Assembly (NCBI GenBank): GCA_963713045.1
Contig: CAVQKE010000003.1
Coordinates: 384,001-448,000, forward strand
Source: an uncultured delta proteobacterium
GTDB taxonomy: Bacteria; Myxococcota; Myxococcia; Myxococcales; Myxococcaceae
Direction of reading: 5' to 3'
Length of the DNA stretch: 64,000 nt
Below the pieces are notes generated by a model that saw nothing but the letters and a program-made list of their open reading frames with translations, was not told where the DNA came from and ran no database searches. Below are positions 1 to 10,013 of the stretch, one piece after another. The position numbers and the translations under genes were made by a program. Positions within the stretch are counted from its first letter, which is position 1. Each line of letters begins with the position of its first letter.

Positions 1-75
1 CTGCTTCAGCGCCTCCTCTGAGGGCGCAGCCAGTGCAGGGAGGGAGAGGAGAAGCAGGAGGGGGAAACGACGCAT
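1..75 (-). CDS. N-terminus of a secreted protein (partial, runs off the left edge)
   Basis: ATG at 75 on the minus strand reads MRRFPLLLLLSLPALAAPSEEALKQ, a Sec signal peptide with an A-x-A cleavage site. GGAG lies just upstream. Confidence 0.6.
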   Translation of the reverse strand, partial: MRRFPLLLLLSLPALAAPSEEALKQ

Positions 76-225
76 GGGGTCTCCAGGCAACGGGGACAAA
101 AGGGGGGGGCGGCAACCCAAACGGCGCCACGAAGTCTGTATTGGACAACAAAAGGGGAAGTGAAGCCACCGGCCTTCCACCGGCCCGGCACCGCGGGGCG
201 AAACCCCGACGGGCTGGGCGGCGCC

Positions 226-1080
226 TCAGTCCGTGGGCGTCTGCGCGGCGCCCCAGGCCTCGCCGCGCTTCCAAGTCACCCGTCCGCTGGTGCCCCAACC
301 GGCCAGCTTGGCCACCGGTCCCTCCCACTCCATCCAGAAGATGGCGCCCCCGCTGCTGGTGGCCTCATCAAGGCAGGCCACGTACGTCTTCTTCCCGCCT
401 GGGTGGCCGATTGTGGCCGCCAGGGCTTCGTGCGAATGGCCGCACCAAAGCCAGCTGGGCTGCAGGGTGTCGACCAGCTCCCGCGTCACCGGGTTTCCCA
501 TCCACGGGCGCACTGGGCGGCCGGAGAGGCGCTGGAAGAGGCCGCGGGGCCATTCGTGGACCAGGAGGAGTTGGAGGGCCGGGGCTTGGCGAAGCCGCTG
601 CACTTCCGACGTCCGGAAGTAGCCGGCCTGCTTCTGGGTGGCGGGCGTCCGTGGCTCCTGCAGTGGGCTTTCCACGTGGCGAGGGGCGTAAATGCCGGAG
701 AGCCAGCCCACCTCCAGGCCGCCAAAGCGCCGGTTGCCCACCCGTCCCAGGTAGTGCAGTCCCGCCGCCACCTCGCCTCCCTCGGGAAGGGCGTGCAGGG
801 CCTCAAAATCCTCGTTGTTGCCGCCGATGAAATACATGGGGCGGTACAGGGTGCGTGGACCGCGGGCGTACTCGGCGAATTCGGCCGGCATCGCGCGCTT
901 GGTGGCCTTGCGCCGGACGTCGCCCTCCGTTTGGAAGGCCTCCACGTCGCCCACGGCAAACACCACGTCGAGGGCCTGGCCGCGCGCCTCCTCCAGCTCG
1001 CGCAGCCACCCCTGCACTCGGTGAATGCGGCCGTGGATGTCGCCCACACCGGCGATAAACAGGGGACCCCTCCCAAGCAC
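226..1080 (-). CDS. Calcineurin-like metallophosphoesterase, Dbr1 (lariat debranching enzyme)-like
   Basis: Motifs GDIHG, GDVEAF..EGD, FIGGNNE, LPEGGEVA..LHYLG, LSGIY, HEWPRG, MGNP, LQPSWLWCGHSH, ACLD. Confidence 0.85.
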   Translation of the reverse strand: MLGRGPLFIAGVGDIHGRIHRVQGWLRELEEARGQALDVVFAVGDVEAFQTEGDVRRKATKRAMPAEFAEYARGPRTLYRPMYFIGGNNEDFEALHALPEGGEVAAGLHYLGRVGNRRFGGLEVGWLSGIYAPRHVESPLQEPRTPATQKQAGYFRTSEVQRLRQAPALQLLLVHEWPRGLFQRLSGRPVRPWMGNPVTRELVDTLQPSWLWCGHSHEALAATIGHPGGKKTYVACLDEATSSGGAIFWMEWEGPVAKLAGWGTSGRVTWKRGEAWGAAQTPTD

Positions 1081-1154
1081 CCTTCTCTAGCATCGAAGCC
1101 GCCCTTTGCCGTGCCGGGGGGTGGGGGAATTTGTTATTTGGTGAGCGGTGCCCC

Positions 1155-4007
1155 ATGGCCGAACCCGACGTCATCGCCATCCGTGGCGCCAGTGAGCACA
1201 ACCTCAAGTCCGTCTCGCTGGACGTGCCGAAGAAGAAGCTGGTCGTCTTCAGCGGGGTGAGCGGCTCGGGGAAGACTTCGCTCGCCTTCGACACCCTCTA
1301 CGCCGAAGGGCAACGCCGCTACGTGGAGAGCCTCTCCTCCTACGCCCGTCAATTCCTCGGGCAGCTGGAGCGGCCGCGCTACGAGACGTTGCGCGGCCTT
1401 TCGCCCACCATCTCCATTGAACAGAAGTCCGCCAGCAACAATCCGCGCTCCACGGTGGGGACGGTGACCGAGGTGCATGATTACCTCCGGGTGCTGTACG
1501 CCTCCATCGGCGTGCAGCACTGCTGGCAGTGCGGCCGTCGGGTGGGCCGTCAGTCGGCGCAGGCCATTGTGGACGAGGTGATGAAGCTTCCGGCCGGCAG
1601 CCGCCTGATGCTTCTCGCGCCGTTGGTGCAGGACCGCAAAGGCGAGCACCGGGAGGTGCTGACCGAGGCCGCTCGGCGGGGGTTTGCCCGAGCGCGCATT
1701 GACGGGAAGGTGCACCCCCTCGAGGAGCACCTGGCGCTGGACAAAAAAGCCAAGCACACCATCGAGTTGGTGGTGGACCGCCTGGTGTTGAAGCCGGAGG
1801 TGCGGGCCCGCCTGACCGACTCCGTGGAGACGGCGCTCCGGGAGGGCAAGGGCATCCTCATCGTCACCGAGGAGTCCGGGGCTTCTGAGCGCGTCATGTC
1901 CGAGCTGAATGCCTGCCACCACTGCGGCCTCTCCTTCGCCGAACTCACCCCGGCCTCCTTCAGCTTCAACAGCCCGTTGGGCATGTGCCCGGACTGCAAT
2001 GGGCTTGGCACCCGGCCGGAGATGGACCCGGACCTGATTGTGCCGGACCCGCGGCGCACCATCCGAGAGGGCGCGGTGGAGCCCTGGGCCACCGGCATGG
2101 GCAAGGGCGAGGGCTGGACGGCGGAGCTGGTGGAGCAGCTGGCCCGCGCCTTCAAGCTGGACTTGGACACGCCCTGGGAGAAGTTGAGCAAACGCGAGCG
2201 GGACATCGTGCTGCACGGCTCGGCCGGCAAGTCCTTCACCGTCCGCGGCTGGCGAATGGAGTGGGAGGGAATTCTCAACAAGCTGATGAAGGGCTTCCGC
2301 ACCACCCACAGCGAGGGCATGCGGAAGTACTACCTGAAATTCTTCTCCCCCAAGGCTTGCTCCACTTGCCAGGGGGAGCGGCTGCGGCAGGAGGCGCGGG
2401 CGGTGCAGGTCCACGGGCAAACCATCGTCGAGCTGTCACGCAAGACAGTGGCCGAGGCCCGCGCCTTTCTCGCTGGGCTGCAGCTGTCAGCGCAGGAGGA
2501 GCTGGTGGCGCGCGAGCTGTTGCGCGAAATCCAGAGCCGCCTCGGTTTTCTGGTGGACGTCGGCCTGGGCTACCTGACGCTGGACCGCGGCGCGACCAGC
2601 CTTTCCGGCGGGGAGAGCCAGCGCATCCGCCTGGCCTCCCAAATGGGGAGTGAGTTGACGGGCGTCATCTACATCCTCGACGAGCCGTCCATCGGGCTGC
2701 ACCAGCGGGACAACGGCAAGCTGTTGTCGACGCTGAAGCGGCTGCGGGACCTCGGCAACTCCGTCATCGTCGTCGAGCACGACGAGGAGACGATGCGCGA
2801 GTCGGACTACCTGGTCGACTTTGGCCCGGGTGCAGGGGAGCTGGGCGGGCAGGTGGTGGCGCAAGGGACGGTGGAGCAGGTGATTGCCAACCCGGCCAGC
2901 CTCACCGGGGCCTACCTCAGCGGCCGAGCCCGCATTGACGTCCCGGCGCGCCGCCGTCCGCCGGGCGCTGCCAAGCTGGTGGTGGAGGGGGCCCGCGCCC
3001 ACAACCTGCAAGACGTCACCGTTGAATTTCCCTTGGGGCTGCTGGTGGCAGTCACCGGGGTGTCCGGCGCGGGCAAGTCCACCCTGGTCAACGAAGTGCT
3101 GTACCCGGCGCTGGCCCAGAAGCTGAACGGCTCGCGCCAGGTGGCCGGGCGGCACCGGGCGCTGCGGGGGGTGGAACAGCTGGACAAGGTGGTGGACATC
3201 GACCAGCGCCCCATCGGCCGCACGCCGCGCAGCAACCCGGCGACCTACACCAAAGTCTTCGACAGCATCCGGGCCGTCTTCGCCCTCACCCAGGAAGCCC
3301 GCACCTTCGGCTACGGTCCGGGGCGTTTCAGCTTCAACCGCAAGGGCGGCCGCTGTGAGGCCTGCGAAGGCGACGGGGTGAAGCTGGTGGAGATGCACTT
3401 TCTGCCCAACGTCTATGTGCCCTGCGAGGTGTGCGGCGGCAAGCGCTTCAACGACGCTACCCTGCGGGTCCGCTTCAAGGGCAAAAACATCGCCGAAGTG
3501 CTGGCGATGAGTGTCCGCGAGGCGCGCCAGCTTTTCTCCGCCCACCCGGAGATTGAAAGAATTCTCGGGACTCTGGAGGACGTCGGCCTCGGGTACGTGC
3601 GCCTCGGCCAGAGCTCCCCCACCCTGTCCGGCGGAGAGGCCCAGCGCATTAAGCTCAGCCGCGAGCTGGCCCGGGTGGCCACCGGGCGGACCCTCTACAT
3701 TCTGGACGAGCCCACCACCGGGCTTCACTTCGAAGACATCCGCAAGCTGTTGGCAGTGCTGGACCGGCTGGTGGACGCCGGCAACACGGTGGTGGTGATT
3801 GAGCACAACCTGGACGTCATCAAGAGCGCCGACTGGCTGATTGACTTGGGGCCGGAGGGCGGGGCGGCCGGTGGACGGGTGCTGGCCACCGGCACTCCGG
3901 AGCAAGTGGCCCGCAACCCCGAAAGCTTCACCGGCCAGTACCTGGCCAAGCCGCTGGGGGCGAAAGGGCCGGAGCGCACTCGCGCCTCCGCCTCGGCGAC
4001 CGCTTAG
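1155..4007 (+). CDS. uvrA: Excinuclease ABC subunit A
   Basis: Two ABC ATPase modules (GVSGSGKTS, GVSGAGKST; LSGGESQR, LSGGEAQR), zinc fingers, HNLK motif. ATG at 1155. Confidence 0.98.
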   Translation: MAEPDVIAIRGASEHNLKSVSLDVPKKKLVVFSGVSGSGKTSLAFDTLYAEGQRRYVESLSSYARQFLGQLERPRYETLRGLSPTISIEQKSASNNPRSTVGTVTEVHDYLRVLYASIGVQHCWQCGRRVGRQSAQAIVDEVMKLPAGSRLMLLAPLVQDRKGEHREVLTEAARRGFARARIDGKVHPLEEHLALDKKAKHTIELVVDRLVLKPEVRARLTDSVETALREGKGILIVTEESGASERVMSELNACHHCGLSFAELTPASFSFNSPLGMCPDCNGLGTRPEMDPDLIVPDPRRTIREGAVEPWATGMGKGEGWTAELVEQLARAFKLDLDTPWEKLSKRERDIVLHGSAGKSFTVRGWRMEWEGILNKLMKGFRTTHSEGMRKYYLKFFSPKACSTCQGERLRQEARAVQVHGQTIVELSRKTVAEARAFLAGLQLSAQEELVARELLREIQSRLGFLVDVGLGYLTLDRGATSLSGGESQRIRLASQMGSELTGVIYILDEPSIGLHQRDNGKLLSTLKRLRDLGNSVIVVEHDEETMRESDYLVDFGPGAGELGGQVVAQGTVEQVIANPASLTGAYLSGRARIDVPARRRPPGAAKLVVEGARAHNLQDVTVEFPLGLLVAVTGVSGAGKSTLVNEVLYPALAQKLNGSRQVAGRHRALRGVEQLDKVVDIDQRPIGRTPRSNPATYTKVFDSIRAVFALTQEARTFGYGPGRFSFNRKGGRCEACEGDGVKLVEMHFLPNVYVPCEVCGGKRFNDATLRVRFKGKNIAEVLAMSVREARQLFSAHPEIERILGTLEDVGLGYVRLGQSSPTLSGGEAQRIKLSRELARVATGRTLYILDEPTTGLHFEDIRKLLAVLDRLVDAGNTVVVIEHNLDVIKSADWLIDLGPEGGAAGGRVLATGTPEQVARNPESFTGQYLAKPLGAKGPERTRASASATA

Positions 4008-4022
4008 CAGGAGTCCGCCTGA

Positions 4023-4676
4023 GTGCTCCGCGCCGCCATCTACGACATGGACGGGCTGCTCCTCGACTCGGAGCCGTACTGGGTGGAGGCCGAAGTCCAG
4101 GTGCTGGGGGACGTCGGGGTGCCGCTGACGGCCGAGTTGGCGCGCGAGACGACGGGCATGCGGCTGGACGAGGCGGTGGCCCACTGGTACCGCCGCTTCC
4201 CGTGGAAGGGACTGCCCCCGGAGCAGGTGCTGGCGCGGCTGACCGACGCCGCGCATCGCCTCATCCTCGCCCACGCCGAGGCCAAGCCGGGCGTGCCGCA
4301 GTCGCTGCGCGTCTTTGCGAGCCGAGGGATGCGGCTCGCTTTGGCCTCTTCCTCGCCCCTCTCCCTCATCCACCGGGTGGTGGAAAAGCTCGGGCTTCTG
4401 GGCCAATTCGAACTGACCGTCTCCGCCGAAGGCGAAGCACACGGCAAGCCTCACCCAGCGGTGTACCTGACCTGCGCCCGCCGACTGGGGGTCAGCCCTC
4501 AAGAATGCGTGGCGCTGGAGGACTCAGTGAATGGGCTGACGTCGGCGCGGGCGGCCGGCATGCACGTCATCGCCGTCCCCGAAGCGGCCCACCGGGAGGA
4601 CGCCCGCTTTCAGTTGGCCGACGTGGTGGTCAACTCTCTTCTGGAAATCGACGCACGTTTGCTGGATGGTCTGTGA
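4023..4676 (+). CDS. HAD-family sugar/hexitol phosphatase (HxpB/YniC-like)
   Basis: Motif I YDMDGLLLDSE, plus GKPHP and LEDSVNG. Confidence 0.9.
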   Translation: MLRAAIYDMDGLLLDSEPYWVEAEVQVLGDVGVPLTAELARETTGMRLDEAVAHWYRRFPWKGLPPEQVLARLTDAAHRLILAHAEAKPGVPQSLRVFASRGMRLALASSSPLSLIHRVVEKLGLLGQFELTVSAEGEAHGKPHPAVYLTCARRLGVSPQECVALEDSVNGLTSARAAGMHVIAVPEAAHREDARFQLADVVVNSLLEIDARLLDGL

Positions 4677-4763
4677 AACGCCTGACCGCGCACACGCTTG
4701 CACGGTGAGGCTTTCTTTCCCCGGGGGGCGTGCCCCTGGACGTCCCAGCCTCTTGAGGCCTCT

Positions 4764-6782
4764 ATGCTGAACAGTTTTCGACTGCTGGCAGGGGCCCCCG
4801 GTTTCGGCCGCGTGACGCTGCTCCTCGTGGCGACGGGTACGCTGGCGCAAACCCCTCCGCCTGCGCCCGCTTCTGCCCCGGCCGCCACAGCGTCCTACAC
4901 CGGCCACGGGGCCGGCAGCGTTTCCGCGGAAGTGCTGGCCAAATTCGCGCCGCCAACCATTCCGCCTGCGGTCAGTCGGCGCATCCAGTCGATGCTCGAC
5001 GTCCGCTCGCCGGGTCCAGGAATCGTCTCGCCGGATGGCAAGCGGCTGTTCTTCAGCTGGACGGTCACCGGCACCTCCCAGCTGTGGCGTCTGGACGGCC
5101 CCCAGCGCTTCCCGGTCCAGCTGACTGGAGGGGAGGACCGCACCACACTGGTGGACGTCGCCCCCGACGGCAGCTACCTGCTGATTCAGAGAGACCAGGG
5201 CGGGGCGGAGTACCCCGGGCTGTACTGGCAGTCGCCCGAGGGCGGCCCGCTGGGGCTTATTCAGCACCTCCCGCGGGTGCAAACCATAGGACAATTCATC
5301 TCCGACGACTCGCGCTACGTCTACTTCCGCGCCAATGACGTCAAGGCCGACTCCTACGCCATCTACCGCTGGGAGAAGGCGACTGGCACCAAGGAGAAGG
5401 TCTTCGAGCAGGACGGACTGTGGTTTGTGGCCGACCACCGCCCCGATGGCCGGCTGCTGCTCATCAAGGAGTTGGGCAGCACCGTGAGTGAGGTCTACGA
5501 ATGGAACCCGGGGCCAAAGACGCTTCGCCCCATCATCGGTCAGGGAGAGCGCGAGGAATACGCGGCCCTCTACGGAGCGGCCGACGACGAGGTGCTCATC
5601 CTGACTCCGAAGCTGGGCGAGTTCCGGCGCCTCTACCGGTGGCGCCTGGGGACGCTTGAGCCGGTAACGCCGGAGATGAAGTACGACGTCTCGGACTTTC
5701 TCATTGACCAGCCGCGCACCCGCATCCTGTACACCGTCAATGAGGACGGCTTCCTGCGCCTGCACAGCCTGGACGCACGGTCCTTCAAAGTCCTCAGCCT
5801 TCCCAAGCTGCCGGACGCGGACCGCGTCTTTCCGTCGGCGTTTAGCGCCAACGGCCGCTATGCCACGGTGAGTGTCGACACCGGCACTGCCCCGGTCATC
5901 GGCTACGTCTTGGACTTGAAGACTGGCAAGGCAACGCAGTGGCAGTTGCCGAGCGCGCCGGAGGTGAATCTCTCGCTCGTGGTGCGCGCCAAACTCGACT
6001 CCTACCCGGCCCGAGACGGGACGCACATTCCGATGCTGGTCCGCCGTCCGCTGAAGTGCACCGAGCCCTGCCCGGTGGTCGTCGAATTCCACGGCGGCCC
6101 GGAGGGGCAGTCCACCCCCAGGTTCGACCCCCTGGGGCAACTCTTTGTGGACGCAGGCTTCGTCTACGTCCAGCCCAATGTCCGTGGCAGCGACGGCTAT
6201 GGGAAGAGCTGGTTCCACGCCGACGATGGACCGAAGCGGCTGAACATCATCACCGACATCGAGGACTGCTCGAAGTACATCCGGGCGGCATGGGCGGTCG
6301 GTGGCAAAGCCCCCAAACTTGGAATCTTCGGCGGAAGCTACGGTGGCTATTCCTCCCTCATCGGGATGACGATGTTCGCCGGCGCCTACGATGCCGGGGT
6401 GGACATCGTCGGCATCTCTAACCTGGTCACCTTCCTCAACAACACCGCCCCCTACCGGCGCGCGCTGCGCATCAACGAATATGGGGACCCCGAGAAGGAC
6501 AAAGACGCACTCATCAAGCTCTCGCCCATCACCTACATCGACCGGGTGAAGGCACCGTTGCTCATCATCGCCGGCGCCAATGACCCGCGGGTGCCGGTGG
6601 GCGAGGCCATCCAGATGCATGACGCGCTGGAGAAGCGGGGCATCAAGAGCCCCCTCATCATCTTCCCCGACGAAGGCCATGGGGCAGCCAAGCGGGCCAA
6701 CCGGGTCGTGGAATTTGGCGCCGTCCTCGACTTTTTGGAGCAGACGCTGCAGCCAGCGGTGACGTCGGCCTCGCGCCCCTAG
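4764..6782 (+). CDS. Secreted S9-family (prolyl oligopeptidase/acylaminoacyl) peptidase
   Basis: N-terminal signal, beta-propeller region, HGGP, GGSYGG nucleophile elbow, NDPRV (Asp) and DEGHG (His). Start uncertain (4698/4764/4812). Confidence 0.92.
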   Translation: MLNSFRLLAGAPGFGRVTLLLVATGTLAQTPPPAPASAPAATASYTGHGAGSVSAEVLAKFAPPTIPPAVSRRIQSMLDVRSPGPGIVSPDGKRLFFSWTVTGTSQLWRLDGPQRFPVQLTGGEDRTTLVDVAPDGSYLLIQRDQGGAEYPGLYWQSPEGGPLGLIQHLPRVQTIGQFISDDSRYVYFRANDVKADSYAIYRWEKATGTKEKVFEQDGLWFVADHRPDGRLLLIKELGSTVSEVYEWNPGPKTLRPIIGQGEREEYAALYGAADDEVLILTPKLGEFRRLYRWRLGTLEPVTPEMKYDVSDFLIDQPRTRILYTVNEDGFLRLHSLDARSFKVLSLPKLPDADRVFPSAFSANGRYATVSVDTGTAPVIGYVLDLKTGKATQWQLPSAPEVNLSLVVRAKLDSYPARDGTHIPMLVRRPLKCTEPCPVVVEFHGGPEGQSTPRFDPLGQLFVDAGFVYVQPNVRGSDGYGKSWFHADDGPKRLNIITDIEDCSKYIRAAWAVGGKAPKLGIFGGSYGGYSSLIGMTMFAGAYDAGVDIVGISNLVTFLNNTAPYRRALRINEYGDPEKDKDALIKLSPITYIDRVKAPLLIIAGANDPRVPVGEAIQMHDALEKRGIKSPLIIFPDEGHGAAKRANRVVEFGAVLDFLEQTLQPAVTSASRP

Positions 6783-6785
6783 GAC

Positions 6786-8288
6786 CTAAGTCGCAGCCGC
6801 CGGCGCAACCGTCACGTCCTCCGCCCCGTGCATCATCCGGTGGAGGGTACCGGAAAGCGTCAGCAGCACCAGACCCGCGGCGGCCGTGCCGAGGACGATG
6901 ATTCCAAACATGGTTTGGTCGCCGACGCGCTCGGCAGCGCCGCCGAGCATCCCCGCTAGCTTGTTGGCCGTCGCGTTGGAAAGGAACCACACCCCCATCA
7001 GGGCCGAGGCGAACCGGGCGGGGGCAAGCTTGGTCACCATCGACAGCCCCACCGGGGAGAGAGCGAGCTCTCCCCAGGTATGGAAGAGGTAGGCGCCGAC
7101 CACCCACAGCAGCGCCGCCTTGCCGTCGGCGGCACTCTGCCTGGCGGCGCCGTACATCAGGACGAAGCCGGCGGACACCAGCAGCAGGCCAATCGCCATT
7201 TTGCTCGCCGTGTGCGGCTCCTTGCCGCGACTGGCGAGCCAAGTCCACATCATCGCAAACAGCGGCGCGAAGATGACGATGAAGAGTGAGTTGACGGACT
7301 GGAACCAGGTGGTGGGAACGGTCCACTGGAAGACGCTGCGGTCGACCTTGGTGTCGGTGTAGAGATTCATCAGGCCACCGGCCTGCTCGAAGGCCGCCCA
7401 GAAAAAGACGACGAAGAGCACCAGGACGAAGATGACGATGACCCGGTCGCGCTCGTCTTTGCTCAGCTTTCCGAAGAAGACCAGGTAGAGGAAAAAGCCG
7501 AGCATCGTCCCGACGATGGCGCACAGCAGCACCACGTCCCAATTCACACGACCGGCCAGCGGCCCTTTGACGGCAAGCCAGGCCAGTGCCGCCAGCACCA
7601 CCGCCGCCACCGCCAGGCCCGTCAGGAAGCGCCTCACCTCTTTGGCCGAGGGCTTTTCTTTGAGGATTCCAATGCCCGGGAGCAGCTTGCCCTTCAAGGC
7701 GAGGAAGGTGGCCACACCGATGGCCATGCCCAAGCCGGACAGCGCAAAGCCGAAGGACCAGTCGACCTTCTCGGCGAAGCCCCCGGCGATGAGGGGTCCA
7801 AGAAAGCCTCCCAGGTTGATGCCCATGTAGAAGATGGTGAAGGCGTTGTCGCGTCGCCGGTCGCCCGGCGCGTACAGCTGCCCCACCATGGTGGAGATGT
7901 TGGCTTTGAAGAAGCCATTGCCCACCACCAGGACGGCCAGGCCGGCGTACAGCGTCGGCGCCGACTTCAGCGCGCAGAGGAATTGGCCGAGCATCATCAG
8001 CGTTCCGCCCAGCACCACCGACAGCCGCTGCCCCAGAAAGCGGTCGGCGATGTAACCCCCCAGCACCGGCGTCAAGTACACCAGGCCGGTGTAGGTCCCG
8101 TAGAGGCTCAGCGCTTGGCTGCGCGACCAGCCCAAGCCCCGGGTGGCGTCCACCAAGTACAGCACCAGAAAGGCGCGCATCCCGTAGTACTGGAAGCGCT
8201 CGAAGGCCTCGGTGAAGAAGAGGAGGTACAGCCCGCGGGGGTGTCCCTTCCCGCTGGACGCGGTAACGGCGGCGGTGGCGGTCGTCAT
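6786..8288 (-). CDS. POT-family di/tripeptide MFS transporter (DtpT-like)
   Basis: GHPRGL, EAFERFQYYG (ExxERFxYY), FKANIS, FYMGINLG; many TM helices. ATG at 8288. Confidence 0.93.
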   Translation of the reverse strand: MTTATAAVTASSGKGHPRGLYLLFFTEAFERFQYYGMRAFLVLYLVDATRGLGWSRSQALSLYGTYTGLVYLTPVLGGYIADRFLGQRLSVVLGGTLMMLGQFLCALKSAPTLYAGLAVLVVGNGFFKANISTMVGQLYAPGDRRRDNAFTIFYMGINLGGFLGPLIAGGFAEKVDWSFGFALSGLGMAIGVATFLALKGKLLPGIGILKEKPSAKEVRRFLTGLAVAAVVLAALAWLAVKGPLAGRVNWDVVLLCAIVGTMLGFFLYLVFFGKLSKDERDRVIVIFVLVLFVVFFWAAFEQAGGLMNLYTDTKVDRSVFQWTVPTTWFQSVNSLFIVIFAPLFAMMWTWLASRGKEPHTASKMAIGLLLVSAGFVLMYGAARQSAADGKAALLWVVGAYLFHTWGELALSPVGLSMVTKLAPARFASALMGVWFLSNATANKLAGMLGGAAERVGDQTMFGIIVLGTAAAGLVLLTLSGTLHRMMHGAEDVTVAPAAAT

Positions 8289-8452
8289 GCGGCCTCTGGG
8301 GCGACGGCTTCCCTTTGGGGCTACAAGGGAGCCGGCCCTCAGCGTCGTAGCAGAAGCCCAGCCGGCCCGCTGACGCAAAAGCCGCGTCGCACCCAGGGCC
8401 CTGGCGTCAAGCGGCGAGCGGCGTTACAGGCACTGCGAAGAATCGCCCCGCC

Positions 8453-9391
8453 ATGGCCATCGCACTCGACAGTCTGGACTTGGAAGCGGAGGTCCGTCGC
8501 CTCAAGAGGGAGCTGAATGCCGTCATCCTGGCCCACTACTACCAGGACAGCGACGTGCAGGACGTCGCGGACTTCGTCGGGGACAGCCTCGCCTTGGCGC
8601 AGGAGGCGGCCAAGACGAATGCCGACACCATTGTCTTCTGCGGCGTCCACTTCATGGCCGAGACGGCCAAAATCCTCAACCCCCAGAAGCTGGTGCTGCT
8701 GCCGGACCTCAAGGCCGGCTGCAGCCTTTCGGACCGCTGCCCGCCGGCGGCCTTTCGGGCCTTTGTCGACCAGCATCCGGGGGCCTTCGTGGTGACGTAC
8801 GTCAACAGCTCGGCCCAGGTGAAGGCGATGAGCGACGTCATCTGCACTTCCTCCAACGCGGCGCGCATCGTGGCCCGCTCGCCCCAGGACCGGCCGCTCC
8901 TCTTCGCCCCGGACCAGCACCTCGGCCGCTGGGTGATGAAGCAAACCGGCCGGCAAATGGTGCTGTGGCCGGGCAGCTGCATGGTGCACGAGATTTTCAG
9001 CGAGAAGCGCCTGGTGCAGCTCAAGACGCAGCACCCGGACGCCCAGGTGGTGGCCCACCCGGAATGCGAGGCCAGCGTCCTGCGCCATGCCGACTATGTC
9101 GGCAGCACCCGCGGCATCCTCGAGCACGTGCTGCACAGCGATTGCCGCACCTTCATCGTCGCGACCGAGGTGGGCATCCTGCACCAAATGCAGAAGCGGG
9201 CGCCGGAGAAGACGTACCTGGCGGCGCCTCCAGACAATGGCTGTGCGTGCAATGAGTGCCCGCACATGAAACTGAACACCCTGGAAAAGCTGGTCCAATG
9301 CATGCGCAAGCGCACGCCGGAGCTGTCCATGCCCGCTGACTTGCTGGAGGCGGCCCGAGCGCCCCTGGCGAGGATGCTGGCCTGGTCCTAA
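8453..9391 (+). CDS. nadA: Quinolinate synthase
   Basis: [39 protein letters not shown]. Confidence 0.97.
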   Translation: MAIALDSLDLEAEVRRLKRELNAVILAHYYQDSDVQDVADFVGDSLALAQEAAKTNADTIVFCGVHFMAETAKILNPQKLVLLPDLKAGCSLSDRCPPAAFRAFVDQHPGAFVVTYVNSSAQVKAMSDVICTSSNAARIVARSPQDRPLLFAPDQHLGRWVMKQTGRQMVLWPGSCMVHEIFSEKRLVQLKTQHPDAQVVAHPECEASVLRHADYVGSTRGILEHVLHSDCRTFIVATEVGILHQMQKRAPEKTYLAAPPDNGCACNECPHMKLNTLEKLVQCMRKRTPELSMPADLLEAARAPLARMLAWS

Positions 9392-9425
9392 GCACGGCTG
9401 GCCTTTGGTGCGGTGCCCTGTGGTA

Positions 9426-10010
9426 ATGCCTTCCGTCACGCCCGTGGCTACCCGCTTCTTCTCTCTTCCCTCGCACCTGTTGGTGGCGCCGCCCCAGCTG
9501 CTTCCGGCGGACCGCATTTTCGAGCCGGAGCTGCCGGCCGTCGTCGGGGCGGTTGACCGGGCCATCACCGGAGCGGAGTTTCGCGACCAGCGGCTGCCGG
9601 AGCGACTGGAGCAGCTGCTGGCGGAATCAGAACGCTACGCGGCGCCTGCTGCCGACGCCGGACCCTCCATCATCCTGGCCCGGCCACCGGCGGACTTACC
9701 CGCGCTGTTGCGCACCGCAGACCAGCTGGAGTCGATGGCGGTCGACACCGACGGGGAGCGCGCGCTGGTGTGGAAGTGCGAGAAGTGCGGGACCCGCTAC
9801 GCCGTCCCCGTGGCCTTGGCTCGGGACGTGGCCATCCATTGCGAGCACTGCGGCCAGACGGTGCAGCTGCTTCGCACGCGCTCGCTGGGAGAGCAGTCGC
9901 TGATGGACCCGCACCACAGCGCGGTGAATGTCGCCCGACGCGCCTTGGCTGCCTTCTTCCGCGAGTCGATGGCCCGGGGCTGGCCGGTTCTCGTCAGCCG
10001 CAAGCGGTAG
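9426..10010 (+). CDS. Hypothetical protein with a zinc ribbon
   Basis: CEKC...CEHC pairs; co-oriented and tightly spaced after nadA. Start approximate. Confidence 0.7.
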   Translation: MPSVTPVATRFFSLPSHLLVAPPQLLPADRIFEPELPAVVGAVDRAITGAEFRDQRLPERLEQLLAESERYAAPAADAGPSIILARPPADLPALLRTADQLESMAVDTDGERALVWKCEKCGTRYAVPVALARDVAIHCEHCGQTVQLLRTRSLGEQSLMDPHHSAVNVARRALAAFFRESMARGWPVLVSRKR

Positions 10011-10013
10011 CGC

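Noticed and set aside
76..225. Nested hairpin (cgggg-cgaaa-ccccg at 194-208 within gcccg/cgggc) and a twice-repeated caaaagggg, as a possible riboswitch or ncRNA
   Set aside because: It does not match riboswitch consensus sequences I know, and short GC stems are expected by chance. An Rfam scan would settle it.
1081..1154. LexA/SOS box upstream of uvrA (also checked upstream of dinB)
   Set aside because: I could not see a convincing myxobacterial or E. coli-type LexA motif.
2487..6680. Long antisense ORFs (2487-4502, 4524-6680; also 22432-24393, 34116-35642, 38749-40374, 55327-56973)
   Set aside because: These are shadow frames of real genes in high-GC DNA, with no recognisable domains.
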